Source: Lama guanicoe
Taxonomy: Eukaryota
Assembly (NCBI GenBank): GCA_013239625.1
Contig: MU053652.1
Coordinates: forward strand, 4,825,902 to 4,889,901
Direction of reading: 5' to 3'
Length of the DNA: 64,000 bases
Part shown: positions 25,540 through 39,327 of the stretch, one piece after another
Numbering within the stretch: the stretch's first letter is position 1
Layout of the letters: every line of letters begins with the position of its first letter
Notes under the pieces: model-generated
The model's database searches: none
What the model saw: only the letters and a program-made list of their open reading frames with translations
What the model was told of the DNA's origin: nothing
Program-made: the position numbers and the translations under genes

Positions 25540-27170
25540 GGCCTAAATAAATGGAAAGACATCAATAAATGGAAAGACATCATATTCATGGATTGGAAGA
25601 CTTAATACTGAATATTATTAAGATAACAATACTCCTCAGGTGGTCATCAGATTTAATAACTCCCTTTCAAAATCCCAATGGCCTTTTTTGCAGAAATGGA
25701 AAACTTGGTCCTAAAATTCACGTAGGATTGCAAGAGACCCCCAAAAGCCAAAACAATCTTGAGAAAGAACAAAAAGTTGGAAGATTCAGACTTCTGGTTT
25801 CCCACAACAAAGCTACAATAATCAAAACAGTATGGTGCTGGCATAAGGCTAGGCATATAGACCAATGGAACAGAATTGAGAATTCAGAAGTAAACCTGTA
25901 CATTTGTGGTCAATTGATTTTGACAAGGGTGCCAAGGCCATTCAATGGGGAAATAATAGTCATCTCTTCAGCAAATGATCTTGGCAGAACTGAAAATCCA
26001 TATGCAAAAAAAAAGAAAGAAAGAAAGAAATTTACCCTTACCTCATACTATGTACAAAAGTTAACTGACAATGGATCAAAGAACTAAAGATAAGAGCTAA
26101 AACCATAAAACTCTTAAAAAAAACCCCATAAAACTCTTAGAAGAAAACATAAGGATAAATCTTCATGNNNNNNNNNNNNNNNNNNNNNNNNNNNNNNNNN
26201 NNNNNNNNNNNNNNNNNNNNNNNNNNNNNNNNNNNNNNNNNNNNNNNNNNNNNNNNNNNNNNNNNNNNNNNNNNNNNNNNNNNNNNNNNNNNNNNNNNNN
26301 NNNNNNNNNNNNNNNNNNNNNNNNNNNNNNNGTTTGTTAATCACTAATCTGGGTCTAATATACAAAATACATTAAAAATGTTACAACCCAATAACAAAAA
26401 GACTAATAACCCAATTTTAATACAGGCAAGGGAGTGGAATAGACGTTTCTGAAAAGAAGATGTACAAATGGCCAACAAAAACATAAAAAGAAGCTGAACA
26501 TCATTAGTCATTAGAGAAATACAACTCAGAACCACAATGAGATACCACTTCACACCCACTAGGATGCCTATGATTAAAATAAAAGAAAAAGAATTGGTGA
26601 AGATGTGGAGAAATTGGAACCTTTATACATTGCTGTTGGGAATATAAAATGGTTACAGTCACTGTGGAAAACAAGTTGGTGGTTCCTCAATTATATTCCT
26701 GGGTATATATTTAAGACAATTAAAAACATATGTTCACATAAAATCCTGTATTTGAATATTCATAGCAGCATTATTTATAATATCCAAAAATATAAACAAT
26801 CAAAAGATCCCTCAGTTAATGACTAGATAAGTAAAATGAGATATATTCATACAATGGAAAGGTTTCCATTCATCAAAAACAATCAAGTATTAATACCTGC
26901 TACATCTTGTATGAGCCATGAAAGCGGGCTCAGTGAAGAAGCCAGACACAAAAGGCCACATGTTGTATGATTTCACTTATCTGAAATACCTGGAAAAGGC
27001 AAACTCACAGAGACAGAAAGTATATTAGTGGCTGCCAGGAGCTGAGGGGAAGGGGCAATGGGAAGAGAATGCTTCATGGTTTGGGAGTTTCCTTTTGGGA
27101 TAATAAAAATATCCTGGGCCTAGATGGTGGTGATGGTTGCACAATGTTGTGAATGTACACTGGCATTCGA
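25540..27170 (+). mobile_element. L1 (L1MB-like) ORF2 3' half plus 3'UTR, decayed; N-run 26168-26331
   Basis: Frame KATIIKTVWCWHKARHIDQWNRIEN is L1 ORF2; 3'UTR gatggtggtgatggttgcacaatgttgtgaatgtac; 18-bp tandem duplication at 25546-25581. Confidence 0.9.
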
Positions 27171-27193
27171 GAGCATTAGAAAGCTGTGGGGCC

Positions 27194-27323
27194 TGGGGGA
27201 GGGTATAGCTCAAGTGGTAGAGTGCATGCTCAGCATGCCTAAGGTCCTGGGTTCAATCCCCAGTACCTCCTCTAAAAATAAATAAATACCAGATAACTCC
27301 TCCCCTTAAAAAAGAAAAGAAAA
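27194..27323 (+). mobile_element. Camelid Vic-1-type SINE, long form
   Basis: tRNA-Ala head, AT-rich linker, C-rich block and A-tail; perfect 16-bp TSD agaaagctgtggggcc at 27178-27193 and 27324-27339. Confidence 0.95.
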
Positions 27324-27714
27324 AGAAAGCTGTGGGGCCATTGGTGGAAAGTAGTGATTACCCAGTAAGCAACAGCAGAGATGGCAGAGCACACTGGAAG
27401 GAAGGGAGGTCTCCATAGCAACCCAAGTGGCAAAGACTCTGTAGTGAACTTTAAGCAACTCATAATCCAAGGAAGGAGAGATCATCCCAGAATAGCATAT
27501 AAGAGCACAAAGAAAAGTATCAGCAGAAAATGAATGGCTCCAGAAAATCAATCCAGTCCAAACCAAACTAAGACAATTCTCTAAGTCAAAATTGTTCAAG
27601 GTCTTCACCAAGTTTTGAGTAAGTCAGACTTGAAAATTGACACCAGGCTTCCAGTTCAAGGCATTAGGCATCCATTTGTCTTTGTCCCATTGAGGTCCCA
27701 TTAATATGATGAAA

Positions 27715-28465
27715 AATCAAAGAAGACTTAAATACTTGGGGAGAGATATTGTGTTCAAAGACTGAAGACCCAACATAGTGACGATGTCAATTCTCCCCAA
27801 ACTGATCTATAGGTTTAATGCAATCTCTATCAAGATCTCAGCAAGTTTGTTTGGGCAAACATAGACAAGCTTATTCTAAATTTTATGTGGAAGCACACAA
27901 GTCCTAGAATAGCTAAAACAACCTTGAAAAAGAATAATAAATTGGGATTAATCGCTCTGCCTGATATTAAGGTACTAACATAATCAATCCTGTGTATTAC
28001 TGCCGAAAGAATGGAGATAAAGACCAACGGAACAGGATGGAGAACCCAAAAATAGACCCGAATAAAGATACAGGACTGAATTTTTATAACTGTGCAAAAG
28101 CAATTCAATGGAGGAAAGATTGTCTTTTCAACAAATGGTGCTGGGCCAACTGGGCTGGCACCGGCCAAAAAATGAACTTTGAGCTGAGTCTCAACACCTC
28201 ATACAAAAATTAAATCAAAACGGATCACAGACTTAATTATAAAATGTAAAAACTATAAAACCTTTAGGAAAAAAGTAGGAGAAAATCTTTAGGATCTAGG
28301 GCTTGGCAAAAAATTCTTAGGCTTGACACCAAAAGGAAGACATAAATGGGACAACTGACGAAACAGACTTCAGTGAAGTCAAGGACTGTTGCTGTGAGAA
28401 AGACCTTATTAAAAGGATGAAGAGACAAGCTACAGATTGGCGGGAAATATTTGCAAGCCATATAC
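27715..28465 (+). mobile_element. L1 ORF2 internal fragment, decayed
   Basis: Frame AKAIQWRKDCLFNKWCWANW is a conserved L1 ORF2 motif. Confidence 0.85.
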
Positions 28466-28984
28466 CCGACCTGCAAACTGGGGCTCCCTAATTCCCGGCA
28501 TTCCCTCTCTGCTTCCCTGTACAGTTTACTCTCCACTTGAACAGTTCTATCTTCTCTCCTCTCCTCGAATTTCCAACACTTCCTCACTCTTAACTGATGA
28601 TGCCCTTCTTATTTCACTGAGGAAACATAATCCATTGGAAGAGGATTTCCACATCTGTCCCCGCACCCCCGCCCCGCCTTTCTTCTGGTGGGCAGTACCT
28701 CCATTTGTATCATAACATTCCAACCACTTTGTCCACTCCAAGACTTTCACCTGCAATTATCCCCTCTTTCCTCCGTGGGACATCAAATTTTTCTCTCTAT
28801 TGGATCCTTCCCATTAGCACACGGGTATGCCTTAGTAAAACAGTCATTTTAAAAGAAAAAAGTTACTCCCTTGGCCTCATATCCCACCTCCAGGCATGAT
28901 CTCATTTCTCTGATGTCTTCTGCAGCAAATTCCTCAAAAGATACATCAGTAGTGGGTGGCTCTCTTCATTAACTTTTTCTGCAT

Positions 28985-31335
28985 TTGTTTTTATTATGAA
29001 AAAGTTTTATTATGAAAAATTAAATATTCACCACAGTGAGAGAGTGGTATAGTAAACTCCCATGTACCTGTTACAGACTGAATTGTATCCNNNNNNNNNN
29101 NNNNNNNNNNNNNNNNNNNNNNNNNNNNNNNNNNNNNNNNNNNNNNNNNNNNNNNNNNNNNNNNNNNNNNNNNNNNNNNNNNNNNNNNNNNNNNNNNNNN
29201 NNNNNNNNNNNNNNNNNNNNNNNNNNNNNNNNNNNNNNNNNNNNNNNNNNNNNNNNNNNNNNNNNNNNNNNNNNNNNNNNNNCGACCAGATGAAGACACA
29301 GTGAGAGGCAGCCATCTGTAAGCCAAGGAGAGGAGTCTCAGAAGAAACCAAACCTGCCGACACTTTGACCTTGGGCTTCTAGCCTCCACGGCTGTGAGAA
29401 AATAAATAAATTTCTGCTGTTTAAACCTGTGATATTTTGTTATGGCCCCAGCTATCTAATGCAATACCCATCGCCCAGATTCAGTTGTTACCAAAGGTTT
29501 TTCTCTCCTTAATTGGGACTGATCTCTCCCTTTTTTCTAAAGTATTTTAAAGCCAACCCTGGGCATCAAGTTATTTTGTTCCCATGTGTGTCTGGGGAGG
29601 AAAGGCATATTTTCTTATATAATCACAATAGCTTTTTCTCCCTTAGAATGCTAGCAAGAACTACTCTGTAGAATCTAATATTCAAATTTCCCTGATTCAT
29701 TAAAATGTCCTTTCAGAGCCATTTTGTTGGAATCAGGATCCACACTGGCTTCTTGTGTCTCTTAAATCTTTTTTGTCTAGATTAACCCCTCCCCCTGGAT
29801 CCTGCCTTTTATTTCTTATCACAAAGACATTGGAAAAAACCAACCAGGTGTCCTGTACACCAACCCACTTTCTGGATTTATCTCTTGGCTTTCTCATCTC
29901 TGTATTTCTTTCTTGTGTTTTTGTTTGTTGTGTCCTCCCTCTTTTTATTCTCAAATATTTCAAACTTAAAGGAAAGGTACAAGAGCAGAATTTTTAAAAC
30001 TTCCTTTTTCTTGAACTGTTTGAATGAAAGTTGCTGAGATCACACCCCCTCACCCAGGAATCCTTTAGTGCATTACCTACCAACAAGAACATTCTCCTGC
30101 AACGCACCTGCAAAATGAGGACGTTAACATGGATACACCACTGCCACCTAATTTGCAGACTCCATTCAGGCTTCACTGATTGTCTCAATAATGTCTTTTC
30201 TATCAATACAAGATCATGCCTTTCACTCAGTTGTTATGTCTCCTCTCATCTTGAATAGTACCCCAGGCTTTCCTTGACTGGCAGGACCTTGACAGTTTTG
30301 AAGATCCCAGCCCAGTTATTTTGTAGAGGCACCTCAGTTCAGGTTTGTCTGATGTTTTCTTGTGATCAGATTCAGGTTATGCATCTTTGGCAGGAGTATC
30401 ACAGAAGTGATGCCACATTCTTCTCATGGAGTCCTGGCAGGTGATACAGGATTTCAATTTGTTTCATTACTGATGATGTTAACCTTGTTAGTTGATTCAG
30501 GTAGTGACTGCCAGGTTTCTCCACCAAAAGCCACTCTTTTCCTCTTGGTAATCAATAAGTATTTTGATTTCTCTGTAATAGCCTGTTATTTTTCAAACTT
30601 TCACTCACTAGCTTTAGTATCCATTGATGTTTCTTGCTGAGTTTGTTATGACTAGGAGGGTTGCCAAATTTTCTAATTCCATCATTCTTTCTGTATTTAT
30701 TGTTGGCATTCTATTATAAAGAAAACCTTCTCATCTCCTTTCTCTCTCTCTCTCTCTCTCTCTGCCTCTTTTTCTCTCTATCAGTATAGGCTCATGGATG
30801 CCTACTTTATTCACTGAGTTATAATCTTTTATCATTATTATTTAATTTAATACTCAAACAGCCCCAGACTTGACAGTGAGCACCCATTCAGGCTGGCCTC
30901 TATGTCCCTTTATCATGGTCTGAGCATCTTCTTACTTCCTGATACAATATGTTCCAGGCTTATCTTGTACTTTTCTTGCCTCAGCCTTGGAATCAGTCAC
31001 TTCTCCAAGGAACTCTGCTTCCTTGTAGGGGACAGTGGTATTTAAAAACCGAAATCTGGATACTTGGTGTGCTCTCTGACTTTGAACTGTGCTACTCCCA
31101 GGCCCTCTCAGTGGACAGAGTTAGAAAATCTCTCTACACAAGTTTTCGTCTATATTTGCTTCTATATCAATCTATATTGAAAGCCATTAGTTCATACTGA
31201 TGTGTCTAATTACAGTCCAACATCGTAGAAATTCTTTCTAATTTTCTCTTTTTTGAATTTAACTTTTTTCCACCTGTGAGGAGGTGGAACTCTGTATCCC
31301 CTCGTCAGCAGTATGTTTGCTTATTTCATCAATTC
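28985..31335 (-). mobile_element. L1MC-like 3' UTR pieces, antisense
   Basis: gatcagattcaggttatgcatctttggcagga, tgttccaggcttatcttgtac, cagccttggaatcagtcacttctccaagga. Confidence 0.7.
29069..29463 (+). mobile_element. MLT1B-like solo LTR inserted in an L1 3' end; N-run 29091-29282
   Basis: tgttacagactgaattgt...ctaatgca; 5-bp TSD gtacc/atacc. Confidence 0.85.
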
Positions 31336-31589
31336 TCATATGTAACCAATTTACTGATGCTGACATCACAGCTCCCCACCCCCAAAGATGCCCTCATTAC
31401 CCTGCTCAGGTTCTAACACCCCGCAGCAGGCTCCCCCTCCACTCCCAACTACGCATACTTTCCTGGCCCAGCACTACCTAGGGCTTCAGGACTGAATCAC
31501 TCAGGAAGAAAGGGAGGAAAGAGGGAAGGGAGAAAGGAGTGAAGAGGTTGGAGCCATTTATTCTTAAACCTACGATAATCAGAAACCAA

Positions 31590-32225
31590 TACAAGGTCAC
31601 CAGCTATTTCCCATGGTCAAGTCCTCAGTCCCCCTCTTGTTCTCTCAACACTATTTGATGCAGCTGTTGACACCCTCCTCCCTCCCCTACTTCACTGGCT
31701 GCTCTTCTGCAGATTTGTGGGCTGGATCCTCAACTTTTTGATCTCTAGATGCTGGAGGGCTCACGCTTAGAATTTTTCTCTTTTGTCTCTCATGTTCTAA
31801 GAGATTTCTTCCAGTCCCAAGACTTTAAATACCATATGTAGAGGTCTTCCAAATTTTTATCTCAAGACCCAACCTCTCCTCTAACTTCACACTCAAATAT
31901 CCAATTGCCTATTTTAATCACACATCTAATAGGAAGTCCAAAGTTAACGTACCCCAAACCAAATTCTTAATATTTGCTCTCAAAGCACTCTCTAATTTTT
32001 TATTGAATCCAAAGCATATTCTATAAGTAATACTTTCAAAACATATTCCAAGACCAACACTTCTCATAACTGCCACATCTACCCTCCACTCCACATCAGC
32101 ACGTTTCCCTAAACCTCTGCAAGAATCTCCTGACCAGCCCCCTTGCTTCTTCTCTTGCTCCCAAATGCTCCATCCCACACAGCAGCAGCCAGAACGGTCC
32201 TAAGGATGTGTAAATCCCACTTCCA
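31590..32225 (+). mobile_element. L2 LINE internal fragment
   Basis: ttccagtcccaagactttaaataccat...tccaaatttttatctc...ctcaaatatccaattgcct. Confidence 0.65.
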
Positions 32226-33056
32226 GTTCCCGTAATAGAACAGACAAAACCTTTTCGGAATTTAAGACTAAAGGACAAAGAGCATATTTATACCACAGAA
32301 GTGAGAAAAGAAAACAAAATAAAATGGAAATTTTAAAAGTTAAAATGGAGATTTTAAAAATTAGAAAGTGACAGACGTATAAATGACAGGTAAAGCTAGT
32401 CCAACATCACATAATCATAGTCCCCAGAGGAAAAAATCAAAATAATGGAATAGAAAAAATATATTTTAAAATACAAAGACAAAATTTTCTGAAATAAGAG
32501 AAGAAAGACTTAAATCTGTATATTGAAAGGACACATTGGTTCAAGGCAATTAACCTGGAACCATATTTGGGTCTGTCTCTGAGCATCAGAAGGTGCTTCC
32601 TAACCAGAGGAGGTAAATCCTGGGAGGCTAGAACCCAGGAACTACTGACTGGGAATTGGTTGAAGCTGCCAGAACATAAGTGTGCAGGCGTGCACACACA
32701 CACACACACATACACACACACTGCACTTTGGGTCAGGCAGCAATAACTTGAGTATTTGTCTCAGGTGAAACAATAATGAGTATAAGAGCTTAGACTGTAA
32801 AAAGTACAGCCATACCCCAGCCCTAGTGGTTGGGAGGAGCAAGGAACAACCACAGCAAGGGAGAACCAGGGACCTAGGAACCCAACAGGCTGTGCATGAC
32901 CCGTCCACTCCCTCCATACACACACTCACTGAAAACAACTATATCCTACCCTTCTTCAGGGCAGGACGTTCACACAGATCCAGAAGCTTCTCCCGAACAT
33001 TTGAGGAAAGCCATGATCATTGACTAAGCAACAAACAGAAGAATCAAATCTAAGGA

Positions 33057-33211
33057 GCACAGGGAAATATACACAAAATGTTATGATAAATCACAGAGAA
33101 AAAAATGTGACAATGAGTGTGTATATGTCCATGAATGACTGAAAAATTGTGAACACTGGAATTTGACACAACACTGTAAAATGATTATGAATCAATAAAA
33201 AATGTAAAAAA
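33057..33211 (+). mobile_element. Young lineage-specific L1 3' end, heavily 5'-truncated
   Basis: gcacagggaaatatacacaa...gacacaacactgtaaaatgattatgaatcaataaaa plus A-tail; perfect TSD aaatctaagga at 33046-33056 and 33212-33222. Confidence 0.85.
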
Positions 33212-35824
33212 AAATCTAAGGAAGCAGTTAACAATAGAGTGAGCAGGAGAGTATTTTTAAATAAACATTGAAAATATCTTCAGAGGGATGAAAGGATATG
33301 GCATCCATAAAACAAGAACAGCTTATTTTGAAAAATATCCAATAAGAGGTCATAGAAATTAAAAATATACCTCTTGAAGATAAAGTCAATAAACGGGAAT
33401 AACCGAATATACTCAGTAGAAGAGCAAGTTAGTGAGCTGGAAGACGAAGGTGAAGAAGCCTTCCAGAATGTGGCAAAAGGTATCAAGTTATGTACATCAC
33501 GAAAGAAAAAAATACAAGACATGGAGAGCAAATCAAGAATTCCAACTTGCACTTACTACGTGTTTAGAGGAGAAAAAAAAAAAGAGATCAGAGGAAAGTG
33601 ATATTTAATGGTGTGTAGAAAAATAGATACAGTTTCCCAAAACTTAAGGAAGATAGTATTCTCAGATTGAGAAGCTCACTGATGCTAAATAACTTCATAC
33701 CTGTCACATCTTTGTATAATTTAAGAGAAACAAGAATAAAGAGAAAGTCTAGAAATTTCCATGACCAAAAAAAAAAATTATCTACAAAAGCATATGGTGA
33801 GATGGATAGTGATTAGATCTATTAAAATGAAAGCCAGAATTAGCAAAATAATATCAGCCAAATATATTTCAAGGTGGCAAGCATTTACACCCTCTAAATA
33901 ACTTAGGTTATGCAAAACAAGACCAAAAAAAAAGTTATAAACTATTTATAACTGAACAAAATGAGAGTGTTATATAACTTATGGTATATAGGCAAGTTGT
34001 ACTCAAGAGGAAAACTTATAGTCTTAATACATATATTGGATAATAAGAAAGACTAAAAATAAATGAACTGTGCTTTCAAATTAAGCTAGAAAAAAACAAC
34101 AAAAGTAGTACAAAGAAACTAGAAAGAATTATAAAGATAATATAAAAAGATTACATATAAAGAAAGATAAAAGCAAGATCCAAGGAAACAGAAAAGAGTA
34201 GAGAAATCGTTCAACAAAAATAAAACATGGCTCTTTAAAAACGTTATTAATATAGACAAACTTTGGGCAAGTATAATAAAGAAAAATGTAATAAGATTGA
34301 ATAAGTAGCATTAAGAAAGGTGGATATAAAACTACAGACAGAAGTGATTCTTTTTAAATATAAAAGAACATACAATTATTTTATTTATTAGTAAAATAAT
34401 AAATAATGACAAGAATAGTCCAAAGAACAAGTGGAATACCCAAATAGGCCAATAAACATGAAAAACAAAAACAAAAACAAAAGCTGAAATGGTGGATAGG
34501 GACCAAGTTCAAAAAGTACCAGATCCAAACAATATTTGAGGTGAGTTCTATCAAACTTTCAAATTGCTAAAGAATACCCATCCTCTATAAATGTTCCAGA
34601 ACACAGAAAAAATGGGAACGTCTCAATCTGATTTTATGAGGATAGGATCCTAAGCAAAGACACAGAAAGCACGTGGCAGAAACCCATAGGCCCCTCCCAC
34701 TTACAGACAAAGATATAAAAGTCTGGATCAATCAGTGACCAAGTAGGGTTGTTCCAGAAGAATTTGCTAGAAGTGACTTGAATAAACAAAAGCAATACCA
34801 TGTTCATGGGTGGGAAGTCTCCTTATGGGACTTGGACATTTTTCTTAGGTTTTTCCCAGATACTTTAAAGTTGACAGTGCAGTTAAGATGCCAAGTCTCG
34901 GGGATACAGCACATCCTGGGTCCAAGAGCATTCAAGATACATGCTAACAAAAGTGGTGAAGAAAGAAGCTCAGTTTCTTGTTAACGTCATGGGGCCTCTG
35001 TGCCAGCTTTGGTCTGGATTCCTGTGAACTTACTATGTCAAACTAAAATTCCTATTACAGTAAATGTCTGTTGCCTCTGTTACTCATAGTTGATAGAAAT
35101 CCCAGTTAAACTTCCCACAAGATTTTTTGTGAAACTTGACAAGTAATTCTGAAATTCTTATGAAAGGATAACACTCTTGCATTTTAGGCAGTGAAAGAAA
35201 GAAGTGAAAAAGAGGAAAGGGCAGTGCCTATAGCAGGAGAGTAAAACTGTCTCCAAAATGTCCCCGTAGATTTCTGCTTGCTTTCCCTGGACCAAAGCTA
35301 GGCCCATGGGAGCCCCTAGCTGCAGAGGAGATGTGGAAATATTGTTTTCTTTGTGTACACTATTACCATAAAGCACGCTCAAAATGAGTTTTAAAGACCT
35401 CAATGTAAAAAGAAAAAGCTTTAAAATCATTAGAATAAATTACAGAAGACCATCTTTTTCCCTTTACAGCAGGGAAGGCTTATTTAAACAAGACACAAAG
35501 TCTGCACACCAAATCACAGAGGAGATTTTTACATAAAAGAAACCTTACGAATAAAAATTTTAAATTTGTACAAGATACCATAGACATTTAAAAGGCAGTC
35601 AACACACTGATGGCAAACATTTTAAAAATATAGAAAAGGAATTAAAGTTTAGCATTTATACAACATCTATAAATCAACAGGAAAAAAGAAAAACCACCCA
35701 ATAGAAAAAAAAAATGAACAATGGATATAAGGTTCACAAAAGAGAAAATATAAATGCTGATAAACAAAAAGATGCTCAAGCCCAGGAGTGATCAGGAAAT
35801 GCAAATCAAAACTCCACTATTTTT

Positions 35825-35981
35825 GATTTTTATATTTTGGGGGGTTTTTATGGGGGGAGGTAATTAGGTTTATTTATTTTATTATTATTATTATTATTAT
35901 TTAATGGAGGCACTGGGAATTGAACCCAGGACATTGTGCATGCTAAGCATGTGCTCTACCACTGAGCTATACCCTCCCCCC
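35825..35981 (-). mobile_element. Camelid Vic-1-type SINE, long form
   Basis: tRNA-Ala head, (ATT)n linker; TSD act(c/t)cactattttt at 35811-35824 and 35982-35995. Confidence 0.9.
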
Positions 35982-36408
35982 ACTTCACTATTTTTAATCA
36001 CCAGCTTGAAGGAAATTTCTTTATAATCTCAAGTGCTGGGGAGGCTGGATGGACATGGGCATGCTCGTGTAACTGCTGAGGGAGGGGTGTTAGCTGGTAC
36101 AGCCACTTTGGAGGGTGATTCGGGAATATCTATTTAAAATGGAAAACATGCATATCCTATAATCGAGTGATTATGCTTCTGTGTCAGCACTAGAGAGACA
36201 GACACACAGAAACACTCACACATGTACACACAGGTGTGCACAAGAATGATCACTGAGGTATTTCTGAAATACCAAAATAGTGATATGGAGCAATAAAGTG
36301 TAGTATCTTCTTACAACAGAAGACTACGACACTGCAGCCAGAAGGAATGAACCAGGTTTAAACATATCAATGTGAAAAAGATCATAGAGTGAAAAAGCCA
36401 GTTGCTGT

Positions 36409-36921
36409 TGTAGGGTCTCAGAATGTCACCCCCAAATATACCACTTTGGCGTATTGATTATTTTGAATTAAAGGAACTTGAGAAACAGCTGGGGTAAGAA
36501 GGACACTCTGACCCTCCTTTATCTCCCTGAAAAGCAGGAGATAAATCTCCCACGTGAAATGTCTCTTCTCTGTACCAGGAGGGCAGAAGTCACCCTTATC
36601 ACCAGAGATATGGAATTTAGGGCAAGAAGGCTGTATAAACAAACCTTGTTACTTCTTTACCGATTTATTACTCCAAGCCAAAACCCTTTGTCTGGTCAAT
36701 TCTTCACAGATTTATTGTTTCTTTGTTTAAAAGGTATGAAAACCTCCTACTCTGGTCATTTCTTTGAGTCTTATATCTTTGCGGGGCTCCTGGAGGTCTG
36801 TATGTAATTAAATTGGCTTTTCTCCCATTAATCTGTGTTTTATTATTGGGGGAGTGGAAGGGGCAGAGTTCTCAGCCAAGAAACGAGAAGACAAGGGGGA
36901 AAATTATTTTTTTTCCCTACA
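36409..36921 (+). mobile_element. ERV1 solo LTR (MER34/MER39-like)
   Basis: Inverted termini TGTAGGG...CCCTACA; cccccaaatataccactttggcgtattgattattttga near the 5' end. Confidence 0.8.
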
Positions 36922-38942
36922 TGGAATAAATATGATACCATTTATATATATATATTTTAAAGCACACACCCAAAATAATACTATATATTTTCTGTAGGTC
37001 TATCTAATGGAGTAAAACAAATATGTTTAATCTAAAGGACCCACACCAAAACCAGAATTGTGGCTCCCTGTGGAGATGGGGAGGGGCAATACAGTTGGGT
37101 CAACAGAGACTTTAGATTTATTTTGATAATTTTGAAGGTGAATGGATTCATGTATTGATTTGCAACTGAAATGAATTCAAACTCCAAATAATAAAAAATA
37201 TAAATTTATATCAGAATGGTTTGCATATTGTCCACAGACTTTTGTGCATAGTTGTGAGCAATTGATAGCAAACCCTGTATGCATGCCCACAGTTTTCAAT
37301 GAATCCTTTTGCTGTCTTCACACAAGGGCCGGGACTGTCGGATGCCAGTGTAGACAAGCAAGCAGGATCCTTGGACACCTTGATGTGACAAGGCCTGTTT
37401 TAAGAGGATACACAGCCTCTGGGTGCCCTGCGGGATCTGGCTTTCCTAAGCTGCCCTGATTTCCACAGCTCACGTCCCTGGATTTGCTCTGCCAATGATC
37501 TCCAGTCTTAACCTGCTGTGGCTGGCAGCTGAGACCACGGGGCCCCTTTTGTAAGTGTGGGAGCTGGAGGCCCTGCGTGGATGGTCGGATTAACATCCAC
37601 AGTACCGTGGGTTTCCATTCCCCAGTTGTCTATTCTGTACCAAACACCCTACATCTGTAGCACCTCTCCTGCCCCTACATAGAGGGGGCTCCAGGCTGGG
37701 CTGGAGGATGGCTTGCACCATCTCCGCTCACGTGCTGGACCTGCTCTGGTGCCGACTTGGAGGGGTCGGCAGCGCCGCTGCCGGCCTCAGGGGCTCATGG
37801 GCTGCCTGCAGGCCCCGGAGGTCCACGTGGTGGTTGCACTGTCTGTCAAAAAGGCCTCACCCTCAGAGTCCCCATTATCCCCAGAAGCTTTACAGCTGTT
37901 CATCCCAGCCAGAAACATAGGCCACCAAAGTACTACTGTCCCCTCTGTGAGGGGTGGACTGCACCCGGACCACCAGTTTGTCTCCAGCTGCAGGGACAGG
38001 TCTCATACAACCCAGACAAAATGAGGGGAAAGGTTGTTGCCCAGAAGGGCACCCGGCAGAATGAAAGTCACAGGGAACAAGGGAAGATCTGGTATCGGTC
38101 TCTAGCTCCTAATTCTCCCCACTGCTCAGAGAGGTAAACTGAGAGCAGGGGGCCTGTCCCTGCATAGAGTCAGAGACTAGAGCCAGGGACCCTCTGGCTA
38201 CCTTCAATCCCACACATTCCCCGCTTCCCCCAGGCTCGGTCACGTGACCACAAAGCCCAGCAGGGGTGGGCCCTCACCCACCCATCCACATCCTAGGTGT
38301 CTCCCCCTAGAGTGGGCCCTGGGCCCGATCCCTGAGGGAAATCAGGATCCCTGGCTCTCCCCCAAACCCAGCCCTCGCCTCCTCCTCCCTCAGAGTCCAT
38401 CCCTGGCAGGCTTAATTAACTTCCAGAGACACTCGATAGCCCTGGGTGATGGGAGCTATAAAACTGCAAAGTCTGATTAAAAATAATAATGAAAATGCCC
38501 ATTTCCCATTAGTCTGTGCCTGAGCCCTTAAGGAGGGTTAATTAATTAATCATCCTCCTTGTAGCCTGGAGGTGGGGCAAGGGTTATCTGCAGACTTTCA
38601 GAAGTGGGGAGAGGGGGAAGACTGCTTGGCTCACCCGGGACCATTCTAGCTGCCGGGTCACCAGAAGGGAGCTCAGGCCGGCCCTCAGGAATCGCCCCTC
38701 AAGGGTGACCCTTAACTTTGTGGCTTGGGAAGGTAGCTCCCTATCCCCAGCCTCAGTTTCCTCATCTGTAAAATTCAGAGATTGGAATGATTGCTTTCCA
38801 GCATTCCTTCCAACTTCCATCTTGAGAATAACCCAGGTGGCCCAGAGGCCAAATCTGCTACCACCACCCCGGGGAGTCCCGTATTCCTGCCCCTGCCATG
38901 AGACCCTGGCCTGTTTCTCTGGCCTTTCATGCCTTCATTTCT

Positions 38943-39327
38943 GTTTTTTAAATCGTGGTAAAATACATGTAACATAAATGTTAACATCTTAACGGCTGGT
39001 AAGTGCGCAGCACAGTGGCATTAAGGACATTCACATTGTACTATCCATTTCTAGAACTTTTTTTTTCTGTTTATTGTTTCTGGATTTTTGTTTGTTTGTC
39101 TGTTTGCTTAATTCCAGAACTGTTTTTAATCTTGCAAATCTAAATCTGTGCACCCAGGACACAGTAACTCCCTACACCCCCTCCCGCTGCCCCTGGCAAC
39201 CATTTTTTCTGTCTCTATGAATGTAACTAGTCTAAGTACCTCATAAGTGGAATCATTTGGTATTTGTCCTTTTGTGACTGGCTTATTTCACTTAGGAAAA
39301 AATCTTCGAGGTTTATCCATGTTGTAA
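38943..39327 (-). mobile_element. L1MB-like 3' end
   Basis: gtggtaaaatacatgtaacataaa...ctagtctaagtacctcataagtggaatcat...tgtgactggcttatttcactta. Confidence 0.8.

Larger units (their letters stand above)
32240..37200 (+). mobile_element. Fragmented ancient L1 (ORF1, ORF2 and 3' end pieces) with several younger insertions
   Basis: A-rich; frame at 33374 (EEQVSELED...KIQDMESKSR) resembles the L1 ORF1 coiled coil; ORF2-like text to 36400; L1ME-like 3' end near 36930-37200. Confidence 0.65.

Noticed and set aside
25569-26087. 172-aa ORF with L1 ORF2 motifs
   Set aside because: Frameshifted piece of a dead L1 ORF2, not a functional gene.
27194-27272. tRNA-Ala(AGC)-like cloverleafs (also at about 20500, 35905, 45920, 50290, 50570)
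   Set aside because: Each has an A-rich tail, most have TSDs, and they carry stem-breaking substitutions, so they are SINE heads and not tRNA genes.
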